Origin: Patescibacteria group bacterium UBA926
Lineage (GTDB): Bacteria; Patescibacteriota; Doudnabacteria; UBA920
Direction: 5' to 3'
NCBI GenBank assembly: GCA_002293685.1
Contig: DBDS01000004.1
Coordinates: forward strand, 34,479-98,478
DNA: 64,000 nt
A program made the position numbers and the translations under genes. Of the stretch, positions 37,044 through 46,550 are shown piece after piece; position 1 is the stretch's first letter, and each line of letters opens with the position of its first letter. A model generated the notes under the pieces. The model was not told the DNA's origin, did not search any database, and worked only from the letters and a program-made list of their open reading frames with translations.

Positions 37044-38891
37044 ATGTCTTTATTTTCAATCAATAAATCAGAATTAGATAAGAAAAAGTCCGAACTCGAG
37101 CATCTTAAAGGTCAAATTTCTGCTGACAGTAAGCTAGTTGAAGTTGAAAAGCAGTACCGTGAAGGTGTTACAACTCTGCGTGATTTACTCGCACCTGCTT
37201 CACTAAAATTTACTAATTCTTATTTCGAACTTAACGGCAAATTTGGTCGTAGCTTTTTTGTACTCGCATATCCACGATTCCTATCCTCAAACTGGCTTTC
37301 ATTTATTATCAATTCCGAGAGTGCTTTAGACGTTTCGATGTACATTTATCCAATTGATTCTGGGATGGTACTAAAAAAGCTTAAGAGTAAGATTGGAGAA
37401 ATTGGTTCACAGATTACGATTGAGCAAGAAAAAGGCCTTGCTCGAAATCCACTTTTAGAAACTGCTTATCACGACGTAGAAGAACTTCGAGATGAACTTC
37501 AGCAAGGCACAGAGCACTTCTTCCGTTTTGCATTGTACTTCACTTTGTATTCAGATTCTTTGGATGAGTTAGATAAAAACTCGAAAATTTTAGAAAGCGC
37601 ATTGGGTGCAAAGTTAGTTGTGACTAAACGCGCATTGTTAGCTGTTGAAGCAGGATTTAATTCTACTTTACCTTTAGGTGTAGACGAATTAGATGTGGCG
37701 AGTAATTTAAACACCAGTCCGTTGTCGAGCACTTTTCCATTCGTGTCTTCAGATTTAACTGGAAACGACGGAATCCTTTATGGAATCAATCGTCATAACA
37801 ACAGTTTGATTTTGTTTGATAGATTCCAAATGGAGAATGCTAATTTTGTGATTTTTGCAAAATCTGGAGCAGGAAAATCTTATGCTGTTAAATTAGAAAT
37901 CCTTCGTTCGTTGATGGTCGGCATTGATGTAATAGTCATTGATCCAGAAAATGAGTATCAGCATTTGGCAGAAGCTGTTGGGGGTACTTATATTAATATT
38001 TCTCTTAACTCAGATTTCCGAATTAATCCTTTTGATTTACCGATTGGCATGGAAGATGAAGACAAAGCAGATATTTTACGCAGCGCCGTTATTAATTTAG
38101 TGGGTTTGATGGGATTGGTTTTAGGTAAACTCGATCCAACCGAAGAAGCGATACTAGACAAAGCTCTCTGGGCAACATATGCCAAAAAAGATATCACTGA
38201 AAATTCTGATTACGCCACCGTTGAAATGCCAATTATGAGTGATCTAATCGAAGTTTTAGCAGGAATGGTTGGGGGTGAGAGCTTGGCGCAACGCTTAGGT
38301 AAATTTACCGAAGGAACTTTTGCAGGATTGCTTAACAATCAAACCAACGTAGTTTTAAAAAATCAATTGTTAGTATTTTCGATTCGAGATTTAGAAGATT
38401 CGCTTCGCCCAATCGCGATGTATATTATCCTTGGTCATATATGGAATGTGGTTCGTAGTGAACTTAAAAAACGAATTATGGTTTTGGACGAAGCTTGGAT
38501 CATGATGCAACATGAAGACTCAGCTCGTTTCGTATTTGGTATCGCTAAGCGTGCGCGTAAGTATTACTTGGGTCTTACCACAATCACTCAGGACGTCGCT
38601 GATTTTATGGCCAGTCCATATGGAAAACCAATTGTGACTAATTCTTCAATTCAATTGCTTCTTAAACAAAGCCCTGCCGCAATTGAAATTGTGCAAGAAA
38701 CTTTTTTCCTTACTGAAGGAGAAAAATATTTGTTGCTCGAAAGTGATGTGGGAGAAGGAATTTTCTTCGCTGGATTAAAGCACGCTGCAATAAAAATTTA
38801 TGCATCGTATGTTGAAGACCAAATTATTACAACCGACCCGAAACAATTATTAGAAATCGAACAAAGTAAGGAAGAATTATCTGAGCAGTAA
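37044..38891 (+). CDS. virB4: VirB4-family type IV secretion ATPase (C-terminal/ATPase part)
   Basis: Walker A FAKSGAGKSY, Walker B VLDEAW, and VirB4-specific regions. Confidence 0.8.
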   Translation: MSLFSINKSELDKKKSELEHLKGQISADSKLVEVEKQYREGVTTLRDLLAPASLKFTNSYFELNGKFGRSFFVLAYPRFLSSNWLSFIINSESALDVSMYIYPIDSGMVLKKLKSKIGEIGSQITIEQEKGLARNPLLETAYHDVEELRDELQQGTEHFFRFALYFTLYSDSLDELDKNSKILESALGAKLVVTKRALLAVEAGFNSTLPLGVDELDVASNLNTSPLSSTFPFVSSDLTGNDGILYGINRHNNSLILFDRFQMENANFVIFAKSGAGKSYAVKLEILRSLMVGIDVIVIDPENEYQHLAEAVGGTYINISLNSDFRINPFDLPIGMEDEDKADILRSAVINLVGLMGLVLGKLDPTEEAILDKALWATYAKKDITENSDYATVEMPIMSDLIEVLAGMVGGESLAQRLGKFTEGTFAGLLNNQTNVVLKNQLLVFSIRDLEDSLRPIAMYIILGHIWNVVRSELKKRIMVLDEAWIMMQHEDSARFVFGIAKRARKYYLGLTTITQDVADFMASPYGKPIVTNSSIQLLLKQSPAAIEIVQETFFLTEGEKYLLLESDVGEGIFFAGLKHAAIKIYASYVEDQIITTDPKQLLEIEQSKEELSEQ

Positions 38892-38898
38892 AACCTTA

Positions 38899-39055
38899 GT
38901 CATTCTGAACAAAGCAACTTCATCATTCTGAGCTCTTCGAAGAATCTACCTCTGTCATTCTGAAGCCGTAGGCTGAAGAATCCAATAATTAGAGATCCTT
39001 CGCTTCGCCCGCCAAAATCCCTTTGAGATTTAGGCGGATTACGCTCAGGATGGCA
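38899..39055. repeat. GC-rich element E8: three tandem GTCATTCTGA(A/G) sub-units plus a CGCCAAAATCCCTTTGAGATTTAGGCGGA module
   Basis: Read directly from the sequence. The CGCCAAAATC...GAGATTTAGGCGGA module also occurs inside the rsmA insert at 26085-26125. Confidence 0.85.
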
Positions 39056-40015
39056 TCTCCTAACATGTTACTTCTAGACTCCACAAACTTTAATGCATCC
39101 GATTCAAACGAATCTCTCTCAGACGAGAGAGATTCTTTTGTTGGTAATGATCAAGAACAAGACGGGGATCGTGAAGAGTTAAAAGCAAAAGCTAAGCAAA
39201 ATGCACTGTCCCGGTTGAGCGCACCTAAACCATTAAATTTGAATCAGCGTGTGCCAGGTTCGCAAGGTTCAAGTAGTTCGATGGGTGGCGTTGGTAAACC
39301 AGGAATTGCTAAACAAAAACTTGGCCGTGACCCACAGAAACTTTCTGGATATGGTGGAGCTGGAGGCCCTTCTGCAATGAAATCTTCAGGAGTAGGTAAT
39401 ACCAAGTCTTCGATGGGAAAAGCAAAGACTTCATCTGTGAAAAAGGGTGGTAAGGGTGATGCAGTCAATGCTGTTAAAGATGTGGCAAATCAGGTGCCTG
39501 TTATTGGTCAAAAAGTTTCTGCAAAAATTGCAAGCTTGCAAGAAGACGAGGGACGCTTGATAGGATTTTTGCTCTGGGTTATTTGGGGATTGCTATCAAT
39601 TGCTGGATTGATTGTTTCCATTAGTATAGTTGGGATAGTTATTGCGGCCCCAGTCATTTTAATCTTTAATTTATTATTGATTTCACCTCGGCTAGTTTAT
39701 AGACTCACGGTCTGGATATTAGATTTATTTGGGATTGGTGAATTCCTGCAAGGAGCTGAAAAGTCAGGAATTATTGATAAACATACAATTAGAATCGGTG
39801 GTTTCGAAAAAACCACTATAATTTTATTTGATATCTTGCTCTTCATCGGAATTGTCCTGATGTTGGTGATGTTTGTTTACTTCTCATGTTGGTTAGGTGA
39901 GCAGACAGGAGTATTGGGTACAGGTTTTGCAAAGGTGGTATTAACCGGTTATGACTGGTGGAATGGAACTGAATACGCATCTATAGTAGATCAAGTCTGC
40001 GGGCTTGTAAATTAA
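39023..40015 (+). CDS. hypothetical membrane protein (G/S/K-rich N-terminus, 4-5 TM helices at C-terminus); start uncertain
   Basis: The called TTG start lies inside element E8. Alternative ATG starts are at 39048 and 39066. Confidence 0.4.
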   Translation: MRFRRITLRMASPNMLLLDSTNFNASDSNESLSDERDSFVGNDQEQDGDREELKAKAKQNALSRLSAPKPLNLNQRVPGSQGSSSSMGGVGKPGIAKQKLGRDPQKLSGYGGAGGPSAMKSSGVGNTKSSMGKAKTSSVKKGGKGDAVNAVKDVANQVPVIGQKVSAKIASLQEDEGRLIGFLLWVIWGLLSIAGLIVSISIVGIVIAAPVILIFNLLLISPRLVYRLTVWILDLFGIGEFLQGAEKSGIIDKHTIRIGGFEKTTIILFDILLFIGIVLMLVMFVYFSCWLGEQTGVLGTGFAKVVLTGYDWWNGTEYASIVDQVCGLVN

Positions 40016-40074
40016 CGCAAAATATGATATTATTAAATTAATAAAAGTCTTCTTAGATACAAAAATATAAATTA

Positions 40075-41238
40075 ATGAATAAAAAAGCAATTGCGATATT
40101 AGGTGGGATATTTATCCTTATTGTCGGTACTTTAGGGGTAATTATTTATTTACGCTCAACAGGTGATGATGAGCCAACTACTCCAGTGGAAACTCCACCT
40201 GTGGTTATTCAAGAACCTGTGATAGATTTTCCGGATTTTGAAGAACCGGAGCCAACTCCAGTTACAGGTTCTGGGGCTACTCGATTAACAGATGAAGCAG
40301 TGATTACGCCTGCCTTGTTTTTCCAAGGAAATGGCATCGCTTATTTTAACAGACAGGGTCAGTTATTCAGAACTGATATGGCCATTTCAGGTTCCACTGT
40401 CTTACTAAGTAATAAAACTGAGATCACCATTCCTCCTAAAAGTGGTATTTCAAAAATATTATGGCCTCTAGTTGGACAAAGTTTTATAGCTGAATCTGGA
40501 GTCGGTTTGGCACGTCAGTGGAGTTACTATAACCCAGAAACTGGGGTGTACGTTGAATTGCCAAGACAGGTGAAAAGTCTAAGCTGGATGCCTGATGGTA
40601 CAAAAATTGTGTTCGTGTGGGTAGACGATAATGGAAATGCTACTTTAAATCTGGCTAACCCAGACACGACTGGGTACCAATTACTGTCTGAGCTATATGA
40701 TAGTGATATTGAAATTATGGTTTCCCCTGATGGGCGGACCATTGCTTATTACAGAAATCAAAACACCAATTTAAGTGAGAATGGTTTGTTTACAGTATCA
40801 GCAGATGGCCAGACATGGGGGACAATCACTCGTGAAGGTTATAACCGCGGAGTATTATGGAGTCCAGATAGCCGTAAGTTGTTATTCAGTAAGCGGGATA
40901 GTTCAGGTTCATCAACTCTTTGGATGGCCGATCTTACAACTTCGCAAGTGAAAAGTCTGGGCGTGAGCTCAAGTGAAACCAAAGCTGTGTGGAGTCGCGA
41001 CAGTCAAAGCGTTGTTGTTGCGGTGCCAAGTTCGGGTGGTGTCGGCAGTGGTTTAACATCTGATTCAATTGCTAAAATAGATGTGATGTCTGGTTCTAAA
41101 ACCGATTTCAGCTTAGGAAGCGGTGTGGATGCGCAAGAATTATTCTTGAACCTTGAAGAAAATATATTATTCTTCCGTAACGCTCAAGACGGATCTCTTT
41201 ACTATTTGTTCCTATCCTCACCTAGTTCTTCGTTTTAA
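40075..41238 (+). CDS. membrane-anchored beta-propeller protein (TolB/PD40-like repeats)
   Basis: N-terminal TM helix plus repeated WxPDG / SPDGR motifs. Confidence 0.5.
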   Translation: MNKKAIAILGGIFILIVGTLGVIIYLRSTGDDEPTTPVETPPVVIQEPVIDFPDFEEPEPTPVTGSGATRLTDEAVITPALFFQGNGIAYFNRQGQLFRTDMAISGSTVLLSNKTEITIPPKSGISKILWPLVGQSFIAESGVGLARQWSYYNPETGVYVELPRQVKSLSWMPDGTKIVFVWVDDNGNATLNLANPDTTGYQLLSELYDSDIEIMVSPDGRTIAYYRNQNTNLSENGLFTVSADGQTWGTITREGYNRGVLWSPDSRKLLFSKRDSSGSSTLWMADLTTSQVKSLGVSSSETKAVWSRDSQSVVVAVPSSGGVGSGLTSDSIAKIDVMSGSKTDFSLGSGVDAQELFLNLEENILFFRNAQDGSLYYLFLSSPSSSF

Positions 41239-41283
41239 AAATACTATACACAAAATTTTATATTATCCTTGGCTTAACTAAGT

Positions 41284-41376
41284 ATCCCCGGCGAAGGCCG
41301 GGGCCTACATCACAGATCCCGGATCGCCTTTGGCGTCCGGGAATACTTTTTTTGTCATCTCAGCGTCTGGGAATAC
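41284..41376. repeat. GC-rich palindromic element E9 (ATCCCCGGCGAAGGCCGGGG ... ATCCCGGATCGCCTTTGGCGTCCGGGAAT ... TGTCATCTCAGCGTCTGGGAAT)
   Basis: Homologous to the segment at 62717-62790 inside miaA. Confidence 0.85.
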
Positions 41377-41491
41377 TTCTCATATCAACCCGCAAATAAT
41401 TTAATCTGCCGGGTTTTTAATTTTCAAAATCTTATTGCAACTTTGAGATTTTCTTAATCTGGATTTTAAAGCAATAAGGTATAATATCTTT

Positions 41492-42787
41492 ATGGCCATA
41501 AAAACAGTTTATACATGTGAAAATTGTGCTTTTCAAAGCCCTCGCTGGCAAGGAAAATGTCCATCCTGCGGGGAATGGAATTCATTTCAGGAGCAAACTA
41601 TTCAAACTACCAAAAAGAGCGTTGGTTCTATTTCTTTCGGATCAGCGGTTAAGCCTGTTCAATTATCAGAGGTAAGGCAGAACAAGGTACCGCGAATTCT
41701 TACTGGAATAGGTGAGTTGGACTTGGTATTAGGCGGAGGTATAGTACCGGGTTCTGTAATTCTTCTTGGTGGCGATCCAGGGATTGGTAAATCGACTTTA
41801 GCACTACAGTTAGCCAATCTTCTGGAAAAGGCCAATCAGAGCGTTTTATACGTGTCTGGTGAGGAATCTGCCCAGCAAATCGCGATGCGAAACCAACGCC
41901 TGACCTTAAAAGAGGATATTTTAGTTTTAGCAGAAACAGATTTGGAATTAGCTATCGCAACAATCGAGCAATTTAAACCTACAGCTGTAATTATCGACTC
42001 CATCCAGACGATGAGTTCGTCAGAAGCAGGTGGTGTTACCGGTGGTGTAGCTCAGTTATCTTATGTTACGAATCAACTTATTCGTTTAGCTAAACGACTT
42101 CATGTAGCAATTATTTTAATTGGTCACGTTACTAAAGAAGGAATGTTGGCTGGTCCAAAAACTATTGAACATATGGTGGATTGTGTTTTATATTTAGAAG
42201 GTGAGCGTCTTGGTAATTTGCGAATTTTACGTAGTTCCAAGAATCGTTTCGGAAGCATCGGCGAAGTTGGAGTTTTCGAAATGCACGACACAGGTTTAGT
42301 AGAGGTTGCGAACGCTTCCAGTATGTTTTTGGAAAATACCGAAACCCCGATGTCGGGGAGTTGTGTGACAGCGTTAATGGAAGGTAATAAAACTTTACTT
42401 ATAGAAATTCAAGCCTTAACAAACACTTCCAGCGCAAGTTACCCAAGGCGCGTTGCTTCTGGGTTTGATGCAAACCGACTTCAGTTACTATTAGCTATTA
42501 TGCAAAAGACTTTAGGAATCAATCTTGGTAATCAAGATGTGTACGTAAACGTAGCAGGTGGTTTTAAAGTTAGCGAACGGGCCGCTGATTTACCAGTCGT
42601 GATGGCGATTTTATCTTCTTACTATGGAAAGGCTTGGCCAAAAGGAACTATTGCGTATGGTGAAGTTGGTTTGCTAGGCGAAGTTAGGCTAGTTTCTCAG
42701 GCACAGAAACGGGACAAAGAGGCCAAGAAATTAGGTTTCAATAATTTAGTCAAAGTGAAATCGATTAAGAATTTGAATTTAAAATAA
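41492..42787 (+). CDS. radA: DNA repair protein RadA/Sms
   Basis: Zn-finger CENCAFQSPRWQGKCPSCGEW, Walker A GGDPGIGKST, and KNRFG motif. Confidence 0.9.
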   Translation: MAIKTVYTCENCAFQSPRWQGKCPSCGEWNSFQEQTIQTTKKSVGSISFGSAVKPVQLSEVRQNKVPRILTGIGELDLVLGGGIVPGSVILLGGDPGIGKSTLALQLANLLEKANQSVLYVSGEESAQQIAMRNQRLTLKEDILVLAETDLELAIATIEQFKPTAVIIDSIQTMSSSEAGGVTGGVAQLSYVTNQLIRLAKRLHVAIILIGHVTKEGMLAGPKTIEHMVDCVLYLEGERLGNLRILRSSKNRFGSIGEVGVFEMHDTGLVEVANASSMFLENTETPMSGSCVTALMEGNKTLLIEIQALTNTSSASYPRRVASGFDANRLQLLLAIMQKTLGINLGNQDVYVNVAGGFKVSERAADLPVVMAILSSYYGKAWPKGTIAYGEVGLLGEVRLVSQAQKRDKEAKKLGFNNLVKVKSIKNLNLK

Positions 42788-42827
42788 AAAACCATGGTTA
42801 GTATGTTGGTTTTTAGCGAAATGAAAA

Positions 42828-42859
42828 CCTGCAAGTGGGAGACTTGCAGGGTGTTTTTT
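42828..42859 (+). terminator. intrinsic terminator CCTGCAAGT-GGGAG-ACTTGCAGG plus GTGTTTTTT
   Basis: Perfect 9-bp stem plus T-run after radA. Confidence 0.8.
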
Positions 42860-43070
42860 AATGCTTGCGACTTCTTCGGGAGACCCGTTCGTGTCGATGG
42901 CGAATGACCTCCCCGTAAGGAAACCATTTTTTTCCGTCTTGACTTACTTCGGTGATGGTTACATTGTAACCATTAATGACTTCTCTCCGAATTCTCCGCA
43001 CATGATTGACTTCTATGTCTGTCATTTCTCTCTCCTCTAGATTTTTGTATTTGTACCACTGGACGTTCAT
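42858..43070 (-). CDS. hypothetical small basic protein
   Basis: 70-aa ORF. No motif recognised. Confidence 0.3.
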   Translation of the reverse strand: MNVQWYKYKNLEEREMTDIEVNHVRRIRREVINGYNVTITEVSQDGKKWFPYGEVIRHRHERVSRRSRKH

Positions 43071-43123
43071 CTCATCGAGTGAATACTAAGTCTTTATACC
43101 AAATTTAAGGTAATTTGTCAATT

Positions 43124-45178
43124 TTACTCAATATGGAGAGTTTCTAGGTAGCTAGTTGATAGTGATTTTAAGTGTTGGTGATTCGCTAGGTTTTCATCGT
43201 TGCTCAAAATCTCTCCTGCAATTTGGTTAGCAGTTTTCAAAGCTTCGAGAGTTATGAATTTTGGGAATTTAAAATTGAAACCTGATTGATTTTCACCAAA
43301 CAAATCTCCATAACCACGTTGTTCTAAATCGTGCTCTGCAAGAATAAATCCGTCAGAAATTTTCTCAAACACTTTTAGTCGCTCAGACTCGGTATGGTTA
43401 TCATTGGTTGTGAATAGGTAACAGTAGCTTGGATGTTCACCACGACCGACTCGGCCTCGAAGTTGATGCAACTGGGCTAATCCAAAGTTTTCCGCCCCTT
43501 CGATTAAAATTACGGTTGCGTTTGGGATGTCTATACCGATTTCAATGACAGTGGTCGCTACTAAAATATCAAATTTATGAGCGGCGAAGTCATTCATGAC
43601 TTGTTCTTTTTCAGCGCTTTTCAACCCACCATAAATTAGTCCAATTCGAAAATTTGGAAACAGTTTTTTTAATCTATCGAACTCTGCCTTTACAGATTTT
43701 GTTTCAGACTCACTTTCTTCAACTTTTGGTGTGATAATGAAAACTTGTCTGCCTGCCGTAATTTCGGATGAGATTTTTTGATAAGCAATTTTTCTTTCTG
43801 ATTCGGAACAGAGTTTAGTTGTAATCGGGAGACGATTCTTTGGCATTGATTTGAGTTGAGAAATTTTCAAACTCCCGAATAAAGACAAAGCTAAGGTTCT
43901 AGGAATCGGTGTGGCAGACATCGATAAGAAGTGTGGAACTAGATCTTGTTGGTGAGCTTTTGATAGGAACGCCCTTTGTCCTACACCAAACCTATGTTGT
44001 TCATCGATTATGATCAATCCTAAATCTCCTAGTTCAACTGAACCGGAAAGAACGGCATGAGTGCCGATAAGGATTTTAATTTTATTATTTGCGACTTGGG
44101 TCAAAAACTTTGCTTTAGATACCTGTTCTCCTTCTATTGTCGAGAAACTTTTAGTAAGTAATCCGATTTCTGAATCATGGTCCTTAGCAAACTTTCGAAA
44201 AGATTCATAATGTTGCTGCGCAAGAATTTCTGTTGGGGCAAGCACAACCGTTTGATAATTAGATTTGGCAGTCATCAATGATGCGAGAATCGCCACAATA
44301 GTTTTACCACTACCCACATCTCCTTCAAGTAAACGATTCATCGGTTTTCCTGTTTCTAAGTCTTGTAGAATATCCCAAGTTGCCCGTTTCTGGCTGTTAG
44401 TTAAATCAAATGGAAGTAGGGAGAGTTGTTTCTTAACATATTCAATGTCGGTTGCGATTTTCGGAGACGAACTATTTTCTAGCTGTTTTTGCTTAATTTG
44501 TGCAGCTAATTGTTGCGGCAATACATCATCAATTGCAACTCTAAATCGAGCTGAGTTTATTGCCTGAGTATTTTCAGGAAAATGCAAAGTCGTAATTGCC
44601 TTTTCGATTGGGAGTAATTTGAACTTGGATAGAACCTCCTTACTTAAAAACTCAGTGAACTTTTTTTCGGTTCCTTCCCATGCAATTTTTATCAACTTAG
44701 CTAAACGCAGATTGGTGATTCCCGAAGTAAGGGGATAGACTGGCAAGATTTTCCCAGAAGCAACTGCGTCATCACTTAGGATTTCAAAGTAAGGATTAGT
44801 AAGTTGGTTTTGCCGGTAAAATTCTACTTTACCTGCTACTATTATTCTTGAGCCTTCGGTTAGCTGTTTTGCGATGTATGGCTGGTTAAACCACATCAGA
44901 CGAATTTCTCCCGAACTATCTTCTAAAGTAGCCTCAGTGAAAGCCAAGCGACTGCGGAAAGATCGTCGCGCTTTGATATCGATGATCTGACCTTCTAGTG
45001 TAACTAGTTGTCCAACTTCAGTTTCTCCAATTGGAATCTTCTGAGAAAAATCTATGTATCTAAACGGAAGATGATAGAACAAATCGAGAATATAAAAAAT
45101 CCCCAATTTGTTTAGGGTTTTTTTTAAAGCAGGCCCAACACTAGATAGCCTTTCAATTTTGGTGTTAAGTGTCAGCAT
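43124..45178 (-). CDS. recG: ATP-dependent DNA helicase RecG
   Basis: Wedge domain, Walker A GDVGSGKT, and DEQHRFGV motif. Confidence 0.9.
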   Translation of the reverse strand: MLTLNTKIERLSSVGPALKKTLNKLGIFYILDLFYHLPFRYIDFSQKIPIGETEVGQLVTLEGQIIDIKARRSFRSRLAFTEATLEDSSGEIRLMWFNQPYIAKQLTEGSRIIVAGKVEFYRQNQLTNPYFEILSDDAVASGKILPVYPLTSGITNLRLAKLIKIAWEGTEKKFTEFLSKEVLSKFKLLPIEKAITTLHFPENTQAINSARFRVAIDDVLPQQLAAQIKQKQLENSSSPKIATDIEYVKKQLSLLPFDLTNSQKRATWDILQDLETGKPMNRLLEGDVGSGKTIVAILASLMTAKSNYQTVVLAPTEILAQQHYESFRKFAKDHDSEIGLLTKSFSTIEGEQVSKAKFLTQVANNKIKILIGTHAVLSGSVELGDLGLIIIDEQHRFGVGQRAFLSKAHQQDLVPHFLSMSATPIPRTLALSLFGSLKISQLKSMPKNRLPITTKLCSESERKIAYQKISSEITAGRQVFIITPKVEESESETKSVKAEFDRLKKLFPNFRIGLIYGGLKSAEKEQVMNDFAAHKFDILVATTVIEIGIDIPNATVILIEGAENFGLAQLHQLRGRVGRGEHPSYCYLFTTNDNHTESERLKVFEKISDGFILAEHDLEQRGYGDLFGENQSGFNFKFPKFITLEALKTANQIAGEILSNDENLANHQHLKSLSTSYLETLHIE

Positions 45179-45204
45179 GAGCGGGTGATTCTGGAAAAGT
45201 GACT

Positions 45205-45678
45205 CTAAAACTTAAACCGGTGAGCGATTTTTTGCGCACTGGTTGGTTCGATTTCTGAGTGCTCAGGTAGAATGTCGATTAAGAATTCACGAATTTCATC
45301 TGCATCTTCATCTTCTAATTCAATTGCAAGTTGATGATTAAGATATGCAGTTGTTTCAATATTTAAAACTTTATGTTCATGATCATCGATAATCCAAAAA
45401 TGTTTGATTCTATTGTAAGGAATTAAATCGCCACTAATATGAATTCCTTGATCAGAAATTTCCATTTCGACATGCTTGGGGGTTTGTCGGGCAAAGAAAG
45501 AAATAATAATACCAAGTATGATTAACGAAACAGCTCCAAACCAGTCACCTAAAATAATTTGATAGGCGATTAGCAATCCAACAACAATGAACATAGTGAT
45601 GTACCAAGCTGGGTTTTTTGGGTAGTGACGGAATTCCGGCGCTTCCCATTTAAAAACTGATAGAGGTGCTTTTGCCAT
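45205..45678 (-). CDS. hypothetical two-TM membrane protein
   Basis: 157-aa ORF. Confidence 0.4.
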   Translation of the reverse strand: MAKAPLSVFKWEAPEFRHYPKNPAWYITMFIVVGLLIAYQIILGDWFGAVSLIILGIIISFFARQTPKHVEMEISDQGIHISGDLIPYNRIKHFWIIDDHEHKVLNIETTAYLNHQLAIELEDEDADEIREFLIDILPEHSEIEPTSAQKIAHRFKF

Positions 45679-45915
45679 TTAAATTAGATGTCTGTTTCTA
45701 AACCCTTGTCCAGAACCAGACTTTAAGTATTTTTCAAAATTAAGAGCATCTTGCCTCTTAGAGAATGCACAGTACCATATTAATTTAACTGGTAGAAAAT
45801 TTTTAGTAGCATTCACTGACCCTTCGGTGTGTCGGTTCAATCTTTCTTTTACGTCTTTACTACTACCTGTATAGATTTTACCATTTATTAGTTTTAGTAG
45901 ATACACGTAATGCAT
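45679..45915 (-). CDS. GIY-YIG nuclease family protein (second copy), adjacent to tRNA-Ser
   Basis: MHYVYLLKLINGKIYTGSSKDVKERLNRH. The start is taken at the internal Met. The upstream extension of the called ORF overlaps a hairpin. Confidence 0.7.
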   Translation of the reverse strand: MHYVYLLKLINGKIYTGSSKDVKERLNRHTEGSVNATKNFLPVKLIWYCAFSKRQDALNFEKYLKSGSGQGFRNRHLI

Positions 45916-46023
45916 GTTTATTTTGCAACCCTTCGCTAAAGCTATGGGTTGCACACTTCGCTATTGTGATTTATTGGCTTGCCACACGAAGCCTTCTTGC
46001 CATCCGAAGGATGGGGCGAAGTG

Positions 46024-46111
<88 letters not shown>

Positions 46112-46550
46112 ACGTCGTACTTGTCTCCGAGCTTTCGGTACAGGCTAAAGCCTGTCCCTTACGCTCTCCATCAAGTACTCCTCTCACATTCACGCTTAAC
46201 CTCGCTATCGCTCGGCCCAAGTGTGAATGTGGTAAACTCACTTTCTTGGTCGCGGATACGGCAAGCCGTCCCGCTCCTTGTTCGCACTGGCGAAGCCAGA
46301 CGCTCACATGCTAAAGAATATTGTTGCCCTACGGGCATCTAAGATAAATCTAAATTGTGGATACTGTAAGTAGGACCTCCCTAACTACACTGTCTAAATG
46401 ACTCTACTATTATAACATTTTACCAAACTAAATCAAAAACGAGCCGTACTCTAGAATTGGCTCGTTTTTTGTTGGGTTTCGATTTCTGGTAGTACTATCA
46501 TTTCTGGATGGACGCCCACTTGGACTCAACTGGGCGTAGACCAAAAAGGA

